Shown: positions 9,351 through 20,008, counted from the first letter of the stretch. The stretch is 64,000 bases of DNA from Patescibacteria group bacterium (GCA_035541255.1 DATKNR010000030.1:4171-68170), one strand, 5' to 3'. Notes: a model not told the origin generated them from the sequence alone. Program-made: numbers and translations.

Positions 9351-10715
9351 ATGAGTCCGGCATCCATTTTTGCTGAGCAACCGCGGCCTTTCCGCTGGCT
9401 CGACCTGCTGCTGCTGTTGTTCCTGGCCGGACTGGCCATCGCGGACCCCGTAAACGAACCGCATAAACAAATCATCCTGCTGGCCATCGCACTCTCCCAG
9501 TGGGTGGAGGGACGGCTGGTAGCGTGGCAGCCAATGCGCGGCCCCGCATACAGCGTGCTCATTAAGATTCTTCTTTCCACACTGCTTCTGGACCACACCA
9601 GCGCTCTCGGCATCAATAGCAGCTACTACCCGATTTATTATCTGCCGGTGGTGACTGCGGCCGTTTACTTCGGCCCGCTGGGCACACTGCTTTGGACCAC
9701 GCTGGCTTCGGCGGCGTATTGCTCGTACCTCTATCCCGCGCTTCAGGAGTACGAGCTGACCCGCAGCGGAATTACGGAGCTCGCCCTGCGCATCCTGTTT
9801 TTCTACATCCTGGGGTTGCTGGTCAACCGCTTCGCGGTGGACCGGCGCCGACAGACCGAGCAGTACCGCAGGTTGGCCACGGAACTTGCCGAGACGAATC
9901 TGCAACTTGAGCAGGCGCAGGCCGACGCGCGACGTTCGGAACGGCTGGCCGCTCTTGGCCAGCTTTCCGCCGGGCTGGCTCACGAAATCCGCAATCCACT
10001 TGGCATCATCAAGGGCTCGGCGGAGATGCTCTCGCGCAAACTATCTTCCAGCGATCCGCTGACCGGAGAGCTGGCCGGATACATCTCAGGCGAGGTGAAC
10101 CGGCTGAACGGCCTTGTGGCGCGATTCCTGGATTTTGCGCGACCTCTGCGGCTTGAACGCCGCGCGGTGGACGTCGCGCCCATTATCGAACGCGCCCTCA
10201 AGTCGGCTCGCGAACAGTATCCCGCCGCACCCGTGCGCATCGAACGGGACTTTCCGCCGGCCGGGCTGCAATTGCCGCTGGACGAGGCCATGGCCGAGCA
10301 AGTATTTCTGAATCTGGCGGTGAATGCGATCGAAGCGATGGGAGAAGCCGGCGGCACACTACGCGTTGCGATGCATCCCGTCGCATGCGAAGGCAAAGCA
10401 TACGGCGAGATTGAATTTCGCGACACCGGACCGGGAGTCCCGGAAGGCATGCGCGAGCAAGTCTTCAACCCCTTTGTGACCACGAAGAGGACCGGTATCG
10501 GACTGGGACTTTCGATTGTCTCGAAAATTGTGGATGAGCATGGTGGCACGATCCATCTGGAGACCTCGCCCCAGGGCGGCGCCTGCTTCCGTATGCGATT
10601 TCCGGTGGAGACCCTGGCCGCAAAGGAACCGGAAGTCAGCGAGACAACGCGCAAGGACGGACATCCCCACCAGGGCGGGCAGGCCGAAAGCGAAGCGGCC
10701 AGGACGGCAGGATGA
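9351..10715 (+). CDS. membrane sensor histidine kinase (NtrB/AtoS-like)
   Basis: N-terminal multi-TM region, H-box LSAGLAHEIRNPL, N/G boxes (NLAVNAIEAM, DTGPGVP, GIGLGLSIV). ATGA overlap with the downstream response regulator. Confidence 0.9.
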   Translation: MSPASIFAEQPRPFRWLDLLLLLFLAGLAIADPVNEPHKQIILLAIALSQWVEGRLVAWQPMRGPAYSVLIKILLSTLLLDHTSALGINSSYYPIYYLPVVTAAVYFGPLGTLLWTTLASAAYCSYLYPALQEYELTRSGITELALRILFFYILGLLVNRFAVDRRRQTEQYRRLATELAETNLQLEQAQADARRSERLAALGQLSAGLAHEIRNPLGIIKGSAEMLSRKLSSSDPLTGELAGYISGEVNRLNGLVARFLDFARPLRLERRAVDVAPIIERALKSAREQYPAAPVRIERDFPPAGLQLPLDEAMAEQVFLNLAVNAIEAMGEAGGTLRVAMHPVACEGKAYGEIEFRDTGPGVPEGMREQVFNPFVTTKRTGIGLGLSIVSKIVDEHGGTIHLETSPQGGACFRMRFPVETLAAKEPEVSETTRKDGHPHQGGQAESEAARTAG

Positions 10716-12085
10716 AAACCACTCTCCTGATCGTGGAAGACGAAGCGCCGATGCGCCGCCTGCTGGAACTGAGCCTGGGCGAAGAAGGCTACAACACGCA
10801 GTCGGTGGAAACAGCCGAAGCCGGCTTGAAGCTCCTCCAGGCGGGCAACGTGGACCTGGTTCTCACCGACCTGAAGTTGCCGGGCATGAGCGGCCTCGAA
10901 TTGCTCGAAGCCGGCCGCCACCTCCGCGCCGACCTGCCGTTCATCGTAATGACCGCGTACGGAACTGTGGAAAGCGCGGTGGAAGCCATGAAGGCCGGCG
11001 CCAACGATTATGTGCTCAAGCCCTTTTCACTCGACGAAATCAAACTTGTCGTGCGACGCACGCTGGACGTGCGCCGGCTGCGGGAGGAAAACCGCGACCT
11101 CCGCGAGGCGCTGGGCAAGCGGTACGATCTCCCCGGAATCGTGGCGCAAAGTCCGAAAATGCAGGAAGCGCTCGGAATGGTGGAGCGAGTGGCGCAAACG
11201 AATTCCACGGTGCTGATCTGCGGCGAGAGCGGGGTGGGCAAGGACCTGATTGCGCGCGCCATTCACCAGCGCTCCCGCCGCTCGCGCGGCCCTTTCCTGA
11301 AAATCAATTCGACCGCCATTCCCGAAAACCTGCTCGAGAGCGAGCTGTTTGGCTACGAGAAGGGCGCGTTTACCGGGGCGGCCTCAAGCAAGCCGGGAAA
11401 ATTCGAACTTGCGGACGGAGGCACGCTGTTCCTTGATGAGATTGGGGACGTTCCTCCGCCGGTTCAGGTGAAATTGCTGCGCGTGCTGCAGGAGCGCGAA
11501 TTCGAACGCCTGGGCGGCACGCGAACGGTGAAGGTGGATGTGCGGCTTGTCGCCGCCACCAACCGCGATCTTCGCGCGGCGCTCGAAGAGGGCACCTTTC
11601 GAGAAGATCTGTACTACCGCCTGAACGTGGTGCCCATCAACCTTCCTCCCCTGCGCGAGCACAAGGAGGACATCCCCGCGCTTGCCGCTCTCTTCCTTCG
11701 CAAGTGCTGCGAGTCATCCGGCAAGAAAATTGACGGCATCAGCCCCACGGCGATGGAACGGCTGACGCAATTCCACTGGCCGGGCAACGTGCGCGAACTG
11801 GAAAACGTAATCGAACGCGCGGTGGCCCTCTCGCAAGGAAACGTGCTGGAGCCGGCGGACATCCTTCTTGATGAGCCCGCGCAAAAACCGGCCGCCGGCG
11901 CCTCCGATGCGCCTTTTCTACCGGAGGGATTGACCCTGGAACAGTGGGAAGACGAGATGATTCGAGAGGCGATGCGCCGCGCCAATGGAAACAAGAGCCA
12001 GGCCGCACGATTGCTCGGCCTTTCCCGCAATGCTCTACGCTACCGCCTCTCCAAGCTCGGCTTCGCCGTAGAAGCAGAAGAATAG
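10712..12085 (+). CDS. sigma-54-dependent response regulator (NtrC family)
   Basis: Canonical receiver ([30 protein letters not shown]). AAA+ with Walker A GESGVGKD and GAFTGA. C-terminal Fis-type HTH ([21 protein letters not shown]). Confidence 0.95.
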   Translation: MKTTLLIVEDEAPMRRLLELSLGEEGYNTQSVETAEAGLKLLQAGNVDLVLTDLKLPGMSGLELLEAGRHLRADLPFIVMTAYGTVESAVEAMKAGANDYVLKPFSLDEIKLVVRRTLDVRRLREENRDLREALGKRYDLPGIVAQSPKMQEALGMVERVAQTNSTVLICGESGVGKDLIARAIHQRSRRSRGPFLKINSTAIPENLLESELFGYEKGAFTGAASSKPGKFELADGGTLFLDEIGDVPPPVQVKLLRVLQEREFERLGGTRTVKVDVRLVAATNRDLRAALEEGTFREDLYYRLNVVPINLPPLREHKEDIPALAALFLRKCCESSGKKIDGISPTAMERLTQFHWPGNVRELENVIERAVALSQGNVLEPADILLDEPAQKPAAGASDAPFLPEGLTLEQWEDEMIREAMRRANGNKSQAARLLGLSRNALRYRLSKLGFAVEAEE

Positions 12086-12128
12086 GCGCGAGTTCTCGAG
12101 AAGAGCCGGACCTCGGCCGGGAATCCAC

Positions 12129-12172
12129 GGAGCACAGCGGCGGGCGCGATAGCCGGCCCGCCCCTGTGCTCC
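12129..12172. terminator. GC-rich hairpin between convergent genes (possible bidirectional terminator)
   Basis: ggagcacagcggcgggc...gcccgcccctgtgctcc inverted repeat between the stops at 12085 (+) and 12183 (-). No clear U-tract. Confidence 0.4.
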
Positions 12173-12182
12173 ACGGGATGGA

Positions 12183-15100
12183 TTACTTCTTCTCTTCTTC
12201 AGCGGGGGCGATCGGTGGAATGTGCGCCTTGTCGATCTCCGCGTTGAGCGCCGCCAGGTCTTTTTCCTTGATCTCCCGCCAGGCCGCCAGCTGGACGTTC
12301 AAGCGGTCGAGCAAAGTCTTGTACACGACCTCGCTCTGTGCTGTCGGGGCGGTATCCGCGCTCTCCACGGTTTCGCGAACGGCCATGAGCTGATCGGCCG
12401 TCTGGATCGGATAGTTCAGCGGGTCTTCGTTGCTCTTCGATTTCGGCTGGATAATCTTTTCTTCCACGCCGCTCATCTTCTTTTCCAGGGCTTTGGCCGC
12501 ATCCACGATGGACTTGTGGTTTTCGTCGGAGCCCAGCCGCTTTTCGAGCGCGGTGAGCTGGGCGCGGACGCTGCGGATCTGGTTCACGGCTTCGTGGCCC
12601 TCGCTCACGCTTGCCGCAATCTTACTGGCGAGTTCGAACTGCTTTTCGAAGTCGGCCTGAGAAGTGCTCACCCGCGGGTCTTTGCGGAGTTCCACGGGGG
12701 CGGAATACGTCTTTCCCGCCACGGTGAGCTTGACCTGATACGTCCCCGGTGCGACCGTCGCGCCCACCGGGCGCCCGCCCCAGGAGACAGCGCCGGGCAC
12801 TCTGGCCGGCGGTTCGGTCCGCAGGTCCCATACGAAGCGGTTCACGCCTTTTTCGGTGGCCAGTGTGTCGCCGGCGCCGCCCAACTGCGGGAACTCCTGC
12901 TCCTCTTCGGCGGCGTGCTCCTTCTTGCTGGAGAATTTGCGGACCAGTTTTCCCTGCGCGTTGTAAAACTCCAGAGTGACGGCGTCTTTCGGCTTGTCCT
13001 TCAGGGAGTAGAAGACCACCACACCGGAGGGCGGATTGAAGCCCACGGGCACGCCGGTAACGATAAAGAATCCGGGACCCGGGAGGCGGTACGCCGTGGA
13101 CGGCTGGAACAGATGCGCTTCCTCCTCCTGCGTGGCAGCGGTCATCTGGCGGAGCGGCGAAATGTCGTCGAGCGACCAGAAGGACCGGCCGTGGGTGGCG
13201 ACGATGAGCGCGTCGTCTTTGATCACCAGATCATGAATCGGTGTCTCCGGCAGGTTCAGCCGCAGGGATTGCCAGTGTGCGCCATCATCGAACGAGACGT
13301 AGGCTCCCGTTTCAGTCCCCGCAAACAGCAGACCCGCGCGCTTGGGGTCTTCCCGGACGGCGTGGACATAGGCCGTGTCTGGAATTCCGTTGGTCAGCTT
13401 GGTCCATGTCTTGCCGAAATCGGAGGTCTTGAAGATATAGGGACGAAAGTCGTCAAGTCTGTGCCGGTCGATGGCGACGTATGCCGTACCGGCCGAGCGC
13501 GGTGAGGGTTCAATCAGGCTCACTGTGCTCCAGTCGCCGAAGTCCTTCGAGGTGACGTTGGTCCAGTGCTGCCCGCCATCGCGTGTCAGGTGCACGAGCC
13601 CGTCGTCCGAGCCGGCCCAGATTACGCCTTTCTCCACAGGAGATTCCGCGATCGTAAACACCGTGTCGTAGTACTCCACGCTGGTGTTGTCCTGCGTGAG
13701 GGGACCGCCGGAGGACTGTTGTTTGGATTTGTCGTTCCTCGTCAGGTCGGGACTGATCTGGGTCCAGCTCATTCCCCCGTCGGTGGTTTTGAAGACAGCC
13801 TCTCCTCCGAAATACAGTGCGCCAGGATCATTGGCCGACATCATGATCGGCGCAGTCCACTGGAAACGATGCACCAAGTCCGCCGCGCCGGCGCCCATGG
13901 GATTCAGCGGCCAGGGGGAGATATCCTGCTCCTGGCTGTTCTTCTGATTGTAGCGGGTGATCAGGCCATCGTAAGAACCGGCGTACACGATATTCGAATC
14001 CTGCGGGTCCGGAACCACATAGCCGGATTCCCCCCCGCCGACGGCGTGCCAGGATGGCCGGTCAATGACTCCGGAGTCGGAGCGCGAGGCGATGCCGATG
14101 GTGGAGTTGTCCTGCTGCGCGCCGTAGATGTGATAGGGAAAGTCATTGTCCACGGCGACGTGATAAAACTGGGCAGTGGGCTGGTTGAGCTGCGTGGACC
14201 AGGACTTCCCACCGTCGGAAGAGATCGTAGCTCCCCCGTCGTTTCCGTTGATCATCCGCTTCGGATTGGTCGGATCGATCCACAGCCCGTGATTATCGCC
14301 GTGAGGGGCGCGCACAAAGCTGAATGACTTGCCACCGTCGACCGACCGGTAGATCGCCGTATTCAGGACGTACAGAGTGTCCGCGTTCGCCGGATCGGCA
14401 AAGATGTGATGGAAATACCAGGCCCGCTGCGTGTAGCGGTGATCACCATTCACCAGATGCCAGCTCTCGCCTGCATCATCGCTCCGGTAAATCCCGCCTT
14501 TCTGCGCTTCGATGATCGCGTAGACCCGGTTGCTGTCCGCGCCCGACACGGAGACGCCGATTCTTCCGAGAACTCCTTCGGGCAATCCGTGGCCTTCGAG
14601 GTGTTTCCAGGTGTCTCCGCCGTCGGCGGAGCGATACAGCCCGCTGCCGGGGCCACCACTGGTCATCCCCCAAGGGGTGCGATTTGCCTCCCAGAGCGCC
14701 GCGAACAGGATGTGCGAGTTGTGGGGATCAAAATCGAGATCGATGGCTCCCGTCTTATTGTCCTTGTAAAGGATCCGCTGCCAAGTCTTGCCGCCGTCCG
14801 CGCTGCGGTAGACGCCCCGCATTTCGTTTGTGCCGTAAGCGTGGCCGAACGCCGCAACGTAGACCAGATTCGGATCGGTCGGGCTGACCAGGATTTTCGC
14901 GATGTGCCGCGAATCTTCCAGCCCGATGTGAGCCCACGTCTTTCCCCCGTCCACGCTGCGGTACATTCCGTCGCCAAAAGAAATGTTGCCGCGGACGCAC
15001 GACTCGCCCGTGCCGACGTAAATCACGTTGGGGTCGGACGGCGCCACGGCTATGGCGCCAATCGACATGATGCCGGTCTTGTCCGTCAGCGGAGTCCAGG

Positions 15101-15350
15101 TTAATCCGCTATTCGTGGTCTTCCACACGCCGCCGGCAACGGCGCCGAAATAGTAAGTGCTGGGGTCGCCCACAACCCCGGTGACAGCGAGGACGCGCCC
15201 GCCACGAAACGGTCCGATCTGCCGCCATTCGATTCCTTTCATCGCCTGCTCATCGATGGTCTGTGCAGAGGCGCGTAGACCGTATGCCATCCATCCAACT
15301 GCCAGCATCATTGCGAGAATCAAAGCTTTGCGAGTAGCCCCGTGAGCCAT
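12183..15350 (-). CDS. secreted BNR/Asp-box repeat protein (sortilin/VPS10- or GH74-like double beta-propeller)
   Basis: GGAGG SD and signal peptide. About ten S/T-x-D-x-G-x-T/S-W Asp-boxes (SVDGGKTW, SADGGKTW, SADGGDTW, SSDGGKSW, TTDGGMSW, TRDGGQHW, TSDFGKTW ...). Confidence 0.85.
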   Translation of the reverse strand: MAHGATRKALILAMMLAVGWMAYGLRASAQTIDEQAMKGIEWRQIGPFRGGRVLAVTGVVGDPSTYYFGAVAGGVWKTTNSGLTWTPLTDKTGIMSIGAIAVAPSDPNVIYVGTGESCVRGNISFGDGMYRSVDGGKTWAHIGLEDSRHIAKILVSPTDPNLVYVAAFGHAYGTNEMRGVYRSADGGKTWQRILYKDNKTGAIDLDFDPHNSHILFAALWEANRTPWGMTSGGPGSGLYRSADGGDTWKHLEGHGLPEGVLGRIGVSVSGADSNRVYAIIEAQKGGIYRSDDAGESWHLVNGDHRYTQRAWYFHHIFADPANADTLYVLNTAIYRSVDGGKSFSFVRAPHGDNHGLWIDPTNPKRMINGNDGGATISSDGGKSWSTQLNQPTAQFYHVAVDNDFPYHIYGAQQDNSTIGIASRSDSGVIDRPSWHAVGGGESGYVVPDPQDSNIVYAGSYDGLITRYNQKNSQEQDISPWPLNPMGAGAADLVHRFQWTAPIMMSANDPGALYFGGEAVFKTTDGGMSWTQISPDLTRNDKSKQQSSGGPLTQDNTSVEYYDTVFTIAESPVEKGVIWAGSDDGLVHLTRDGGQHWTNVTSKDFGDWSTVSLIEPSPRSAGTAYVAIDRHRLDDFRPYIFKTSDFGKTWTKLTNGIPDTAYVHAVREDPKRAGLLFAGTETGAYVSFDDGAHWQSLRLNLPETPIHDLVIKDDALIVATHGRSFWSLDDISPLRQMTAATQEEEAHLFQPSTAYRLPGPGFFIVTGVPVGFNPPSGVVVFYSLKDKPKDAVTLEFYNAQGKLVRKFSSKKEHAAEEEQEFPQLGGAGDTLATEKGVNRFVWDLRTEPPARVPGAVSWGGRPVGATVAPGTYQVKLTVAGKTYSAPVELRKDPRVSTSQADFEKQFELASKIAASVSEGHEAVNQIRSVRAQLTALEKRLGSDENHKSIVDAAKALEKKMSGVEEKIIQPKSKSNEDPLNYPIQTADQLMAVRETVESADTAPTAQSEVVYKTLLDRLNVQLAAWREIKEKDLAALNAEIDKAHIPPIAPAEEEKK

Positions 15351-15559
15351 AAGTTCCTCCCCCGTTGAAAATGCGGGCTGATTCTACTGCAGGAGCTAGT
15401 AGTTGTCGCATGCGAAGCGAAAATTCAGATTCTAATAGCCGGTTGATTTCAACCACTTCCGGCCCAAATGCACCGGAAAATGAGGATTTCGATCTCAGAT
15501 GGCGCCTCGGGATGTGCGCAACAGATTGAAATATAAGGCCTTAATGCATACGCCCGCGG

Positions 15560-17893
15560 GTGTATTTGGCCAGGGGCGTGCATCCATTCCAAATGGACAT
15601 GCGAAAACTGGACGGTCAATCCGGAAGGACCGCGCGGAGAGAACAGGCACTCATTCTTTCTCTCGCGCTACTCGCTTCGTTGCTATTGGTTGCGCCCTCC
15701 ACGCGAGCGCAATACCCGGATCAGCAAACCCAAGGCGATATCCAGGCGGGCCCGCAGGCTGCTGGTCAGACGCAGTCACAAGCCCAAGCCACAGGAGTTG
15801 CGCGCGTAAGTCTGGTGGAGGGGGCGGTTTCCACGCAGCGCGGAGATACAGGGGACTGGAATGCCGCCACAGTCAACACGCCGATCGTTCCGGGCGACCG
15901 CATTTCGACGGGTGACCGCTCGCGAGCCGAAGTTCAACTGGACTATGGGAACATCATTCGCCTCGATGGAAACGCCGTAATCCGTGTCACCCAGCTGGAC
16001 GAACAGCACATTCAGATCGAAATCGCACAGGGGCTGGTGAGCTATACCTCGCTCCCCAGTTCATCTGCCGACGTCGAGCTGGATACGCCGAACCTGGCGG
16101 TGCATCCACAGCGAGATGGCGTGTACCGAGTTCAGGTAAACACCGACGGTGAAACTCTGGTCACCGTGCGCCGCGGCCAGGCAGAGGCGGGAACCGCGGA
16201 AGGAAGCACCACGATTCATGCGGGTGAGCAGATTACGGTCCGTGGCGAGGCGAACGACGCCCAGTACCGGACCTCAGCCGCGCCGGTGCGGGATTCGTTC
16301 GACCAGTGGAGCGAGGATCGTGATCGGCTGCTCCAGAACGCGCAGAATTCGGAGCCCCTGAATCCCTACTACACCGGAGGTGCGGACCTTAATAATTCCG
16401 GAACCTGGCAGAATGTGCCCGACTACGGCGCGGTCTGGTCGCCTAACAATGTCCCACAGGATTGGGCTCCGTATCGGAACGGTTCCTGGGTTTGGGAGCC
16501 CTACTGGGGTTGGACGTGGGTCTCCTACGAGCCCTGGGGCTGGGCCCCGTATCACTACGGCCGCTGGTTCCTGTGGAATAGCTCGTGGGTGTGGTGGCCC
16601 GGCCCTGTTTATCGTTACTATCGCCCGCTCTGGGCCCCTGCGTATGTGTCGTTTTTCGGATTCGGCTCGGGTGTAGGTTTCGGTTCATACGGCTGGATTC
16701 CGCTGGGCCCTGCGGATGGCTGCTATCCCTGGTGGGGTGGCTTCGGCGTGTCCTTCAGTTTCTACCACTATGGTGACTACAACCATTACCACGGGAGAGG
16801 GGGCTACATCGCGCCGCTGGCCGGGCCGCTGCACGGCCGCGTTCCCTACTCGAATGTGAACGGCTTGGAATCGAACGCGCGCCTTCGCGCCGGGATTACC
16901 AGCGTACCGAACTCGCGGTTTGGAAACGGCCGGGTGGTACCCGAACGGCGTACCTTTACTGGTGCTGAAATCCGTAATGCCCGCTTTGCCCACGGTGGAT
17001 TGCCGGTGGTTCCAGGACGCAACAGTCTGAGCGCTACGGATCGCCCGGCCCGCCCCGGCTCGGTGCCGGGACGCAACCTCGATGCGCAGCGGTTCATGAT
17101 GCATAACCGGCCAACGCAAACGCGGCATTCCTTTGCCAGCGAATCGGCCCGAATCCAGGAGCAAGTCCGGCGCCAGGGGTCTTCCCTCGGAAATTCGCCC
17201 GGCCGCGAAGCGCCGCGCGGGAATCTCCGCACGGCCGAACCCACAGGTTCGTCCTTTATCCGTCAGGAGTCCGGAGCGGCGGGCCGCACGCAGCAATATC
17301 CGTCGGGGGCAAACAACCAATTCCGCTCGTTCGCGGGCAGCCGCTCCGCATACGGAGGAGCGACAAATGCCTTCGCTGCTCCCGAAGGCGAGCGCTCGTC
17401 CGTGCAATCGCATCCTTCGCCAGCGCAGCAGCCTCGCGGAAACGCATCTGAGAACGGCGGATGGCGTCATTTCTCTGCGCAAACCGGGCAGCCTGGATTC
17501 ACCGGCAGCCGTGGGTCTCCTTACAGCTCGCAGTCGTTCCGGCCGACCCAGCGCAACCAAGGCCGGCCTCCGCTCGAGTTGCACAAGTCCATCGTGCAGG
17601 AGCGGGCGCCTGCTTACAGTACGCCGCGCGGGTCACCCTCTTACGTGCCTCCCCGTTCTTTTGGCTCCGAGACTCGCCAACAGCAGCCTGCCTATCGCGC
17701 GCCCGAGCCGCCTCGCGGGTATTCGCAAGCCCCGCGCTCCGCGGAGCCTAACGGACCTCACGGTGAGTACGGTGGCGGCGGACACCGTGGCGGCGGTAAC
17801 GGCGGAGGATCACGCGGCGGCGGTTCCCATGGAGGAGGCTCTCACGGTGGCGGGTCCCATCCCTCCGGCGGACATCACTCCGGCCGGCCGTAG
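15560..17893 (+). CDS. FecR-domain protein with Trp/Tyr-rich central region and Gly/His-rich tail
   Basis: Signal/TM (ALILSLALLASLLLVAP). FecR-like beta-sandwich segment (GAVSTQRGDTGDWNAATVNTPIVPGDRISTGDRSRAEVQLDYGNIIRL). W-rich block (WVWEPYWGWTWVSYEPWGWAPYHYGRWFLW). Low-complexity C-terminus ending (GGGSH)x3. Start uncertain (GTG 15560 or ATG 15593/15599). Confidence 0.75.
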   Translation: MYLARGVHPFQMDMRKLDGQSGRTARREQALILSLALLASLLLVAPSTRAQYPDQQTQGDIQAGPQAAGQTQSQAQATGVARVSLVEGAVSTQRGDTGDWNAATVNTPIVPGDRISTGDRSRAEVQLDYGNIIRLDGNAVIRVTQLDEQHIQIEIAQGLVSYTSLPSSSADVELDTPNLAVHPQRDGVYRVQVNTDGETLVTVRRGQAEAGTAEGSTTIHAGEQITVRGEANDAQYRTSAAPVRDSFDQWSEDRDRLLQNAQNSEPLNPYYTGGADLNNSGTWQNVPDYGAVWSPNNVPQDWAPYRNGSWVWEPYWGWTWVSYEPWGWAPYHYGRWFLWNSSWVWWPGPVYRYYRPLWAPAYVSFFGFGSGVGFGSYGWIPLGPADGCYPWWGGFGVSFSFYHYGDYNHYHGRGGYIAPLAGPLHGRVPYSNVNGLESNARLRAGITSVPNSRFGNGRVVPERRTFTGAEIRNARFAHGGLPVVPGRNSLSATDRPARPGSVPGRNLDAQRFMMHNRPTQTRHSFASESARIQEQVRRQGSSLGNSPGREAPRGNLRTAEPTGSSFIRQESGAAGRTQQYPSGANNQFRSFAGSRSAYGGATNAFAAPEGERSSVQSHPSPAQQPRGNASENGGWRHFSAQTGQPGFTGSRGSPYSSQSFRPTQRNQGRPPLELHKSIVQERAPAYSTPRGSPSYVPPRSFGSETRQQQPAYRAPEPPRGYSQAPRSAEPNGPHGEYGGGGHRGGGNGGGSRGGGSHGGGSHGGGSHPSGGHHSGRP

Positions 17894-17988
17894 ATTCGTG
17901 CCTTAATTGCCGGGGACATGCCGACGCACTGGGGAAAATATCTGAGGATAAAGCCGAACTGCTGTGACGGATGTATGCGGAGCGCTTT

Positions 17989-18345
17989 CTAGTTGAAGGC
18001 GCCTTCTTTTTCGGCGGGAATTACGCGGACGTTCTGGACCCGAGTGGTAAGAACGCGGTTTCCGAATTCGAGGAACAGCCCGCGCGCCACAAGGACGTCA
18101 TGTTTGATGGCGCTGCCGCCCCAAGTGCAACCATTGATGGTCACACGGCAGGGGGAAACGCCGCGCCGGTCAAACCATCCGCCCCAGACCCAGTATTGGC
18201 CGTCGCCCAGGGCCCAGATGGTGTACCTGGAATTGCGGGTGGTGACCACGACCCGGTCGCCGCAACGCAGGTCAGCTTTCCGCACCTCATCCAGGGAGCG
18301 GGCGTGGTCTGCCAAGGCTTCCAGCGAGTAGGCTACGACTGACAC
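17989..18345 (-). CDS. hypothetical protein (118 aa)
   Basis: GTG start 5 nt after GGAGG. Codon usage resembles the neighbours. No family recognised. Confidence 0.6.
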   Translation of the reverse strand: MSVVAYSLEALADHARSLDEVRKADLRCGDRVVVTTRNSRYTIWALGDGQYWVWGGWFDRRGVSPCRVTINGCTWGGSAIKHDVLVARGLFLEFGNRVLTTRVQNVRVIPAEKEGAFN

Positions 18346-18448
18346 CTGTCCTCCACCCCCCTCGGCTCATCTTGCCCTGTTGCTACCTGCGTGTCAACGA
18401 GGTGCCGGACCCCAGTAGTGGAAATCCAACCGGGCACGAGTTTCGGAA

Positions 18449-18525
18449 TGGTAGGCCCGTGGGGACTCGAACCCCAGACCTCTACCGTGTCAAGGTAGCG
18501 CTCTAACCAACTGAGCTACGGGCCT
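18449..18525 (-). tRNA. tRNA-Val (anticodon GAC), CCA encoded
   Basis: The reverse complement folds as a cloverleaf: acceptor AGGCCCG/CGGGCCT, anticodon stem CTACC/GGTAG with loop TTGACAC, T-arm GGGGTTCGAGTCCCC. Confidence 0.95.
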
Positions 18526-18814
18526 GCACAACTTGCTTCATCCTAGCACAGGTCCCCCGGACGCTGCCCCGAGTCCCGGGCGCTCGAAATGCGACCAGGC
18601 AGACGCTTGTTGAGCTGTGTGTTTTGACAGTATTGGTGCAGCGGTCCTCGGCGATACGTTCTTGCCCTAAGGTAGAGCGGCTGCGCCCTGCGAGAGTCTC
18701 TTGATCTGATACGCTGTGTCGGCTCCTCCTTGATCCGGCTGGCTTTGTGTGCGGTGGTCCAACTGCTCGTCAAACTCCGCCGCGCAGACGGCCTCGCGAA
18801 GGCATCGTGACACC

Positions 18815-20008
18815 ATGGAAGACGTGATCCTGGTTCTGAACGCCGGTTCCTCAAGCATCAAGTTCTCGATGTTCGCCGAACACGCGGATCGGCTGGAGCT
18901 CAAGCTGCGCGGTCAGATCGAGGGAATTTACTCCGCTCCCCGGTTCGTGGCCAAGGACGGGGAGGGGCTCGAAATAGGAGCGCACGAATGGCGGGAAGGC
19001 ACTCATCTCGGCCACGAAGGCGCCATCAGCTATCTCACGGAATTTCTTCGCGGGTTCCGCGGAGAAAATCGTCTGGTTGCTGTGGGCCACCGTGTGGTGC
19101 ACGGTGGAGTGGAATTCTCGCAGCCGACACTGGTCACTCCGGATGTGTACCGCAAACTTGAGAAACTGATTCCGCTGGCACCGCTGCACCAGCCGCACAA
19201 CCTGCAGCCGATCCGAATCGTCGCCGAGCGCACACCGCAGTTGCCACAGGTAGCGTGCTTCGACACCGCGTTCCATCGCACCCAGGCGGAAGTGGCGCAG
19301 GCGTTTGCGCTGCCGCCCGAGATTACCGAGCGAGGCGTGCGGCGCTACGGATTCCATGGCCTATCCTACGAATACATTGCCGGTGTGCTGCCGAAGTTCG
19401 AGCCCAAAGCGGCGGCCGGCCGCGTGGTGGTGGCTCATCTTGGCAACGGCGCCAGCATGTGCGCCGTTCGCGCGGGCAAGAGCGTGGCCAGCACCATGGG
19501 GTTTACGGCGCTGGACGGCCTGCCGATGGGCACGCGCTGCGGTGCGCTGGATCCCGGTGTGATGCTCTATCTGATGGATGAAATGAAGATGGACGCGCGC
19601 ACGATCGAAAAGCTGATTTACAACCAGTCCGGGCTTCTTGGCGTGTCGGGAGTTTCCAGCGACATGCGCGCGCTGCTCGAGAGCACGGATGCGCGCGCGC
19701 GCATGGCCGTCGATCTCTTCCTCTACCGCATCGGGCGCGAACTGGGTTCGCTCGCGGCCGCGCTCGGCGGACTCGATGCGCTCGTGTTTACGGCAGGAAT
19801 CGGCGAGCATTCCGCGGTGGTTCGCGAACGCGTGTGCCGGGATGCGGGCTGGCTAGGAATACAGCTCGATCCGCCAGCGAATCATGCGGGCGGGCCGCGC
19901 ATCAGCGTGGAGTCGAGCCCCGTCTCGGTCTGGACAATTCCCACGAATGAAGAACTTATGATCGCCCGCCACGCCCGGCGTCTTATCGGCGCCGCTGGCG
20001 ATTCCTAG
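18815..20008 (+). CDS. ackA: acetate kinase
   Basis: N-terminus MEDVILVLNAGSSSIKF at ATG 18815 (inside ORF 18749..20008). Also HRVVHGG and TAGIGEHS motifs. Confidence 0.95.
   Translation: MEDVILVLNAGSSSIKFSMFAEHADRLELKLRGQIEGIYSAPRFVAKDGEGLEIGAHEWREGTHLGHEGAISYLTEFLRGFRGENRLVAVGHRVVHGGVEFSQPTLVTPDVYRKLEKLIPLAPLHQPHNLQPIRIVAERTPQLPQVACFDTAFHRTQAEVAQAFALPPEITERGVRRYGFHGLSYEYIAGVLPKFEPKAAAGRVVVAHLGNGASMCAVRAGKSVASTMGFTALDGLPMGTRCGALDPGVMLYLMDEMKMDARTIEKLIYNQSGLLGVSGVSSDMRALLESTDARARMAVDLFLYRIGRELGSLAAALGGLDALVFTAGIGEHSAVVRERVCRDAGWLGIQLDPPANHAGGPRISVESSPVSVWTIPTNEELMIARHARRLIGAAGDS

Noticed and set aside
15566-15583. Sigma-54-like element TTGGCCAGGGGCGTGCAT at the 5' end of the FecR-like gene, near the NtrC-type two-component pair.
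   Set aside because: It overlaps the candidate start codons, so it would give a leaderless mRNA. No enhancer-like palindrome was seen. My rough order-of-magnitude estimate is that about a dozen TGG-N9-TGC(A/T) matches are expected by chance in 64 kb of this composition.
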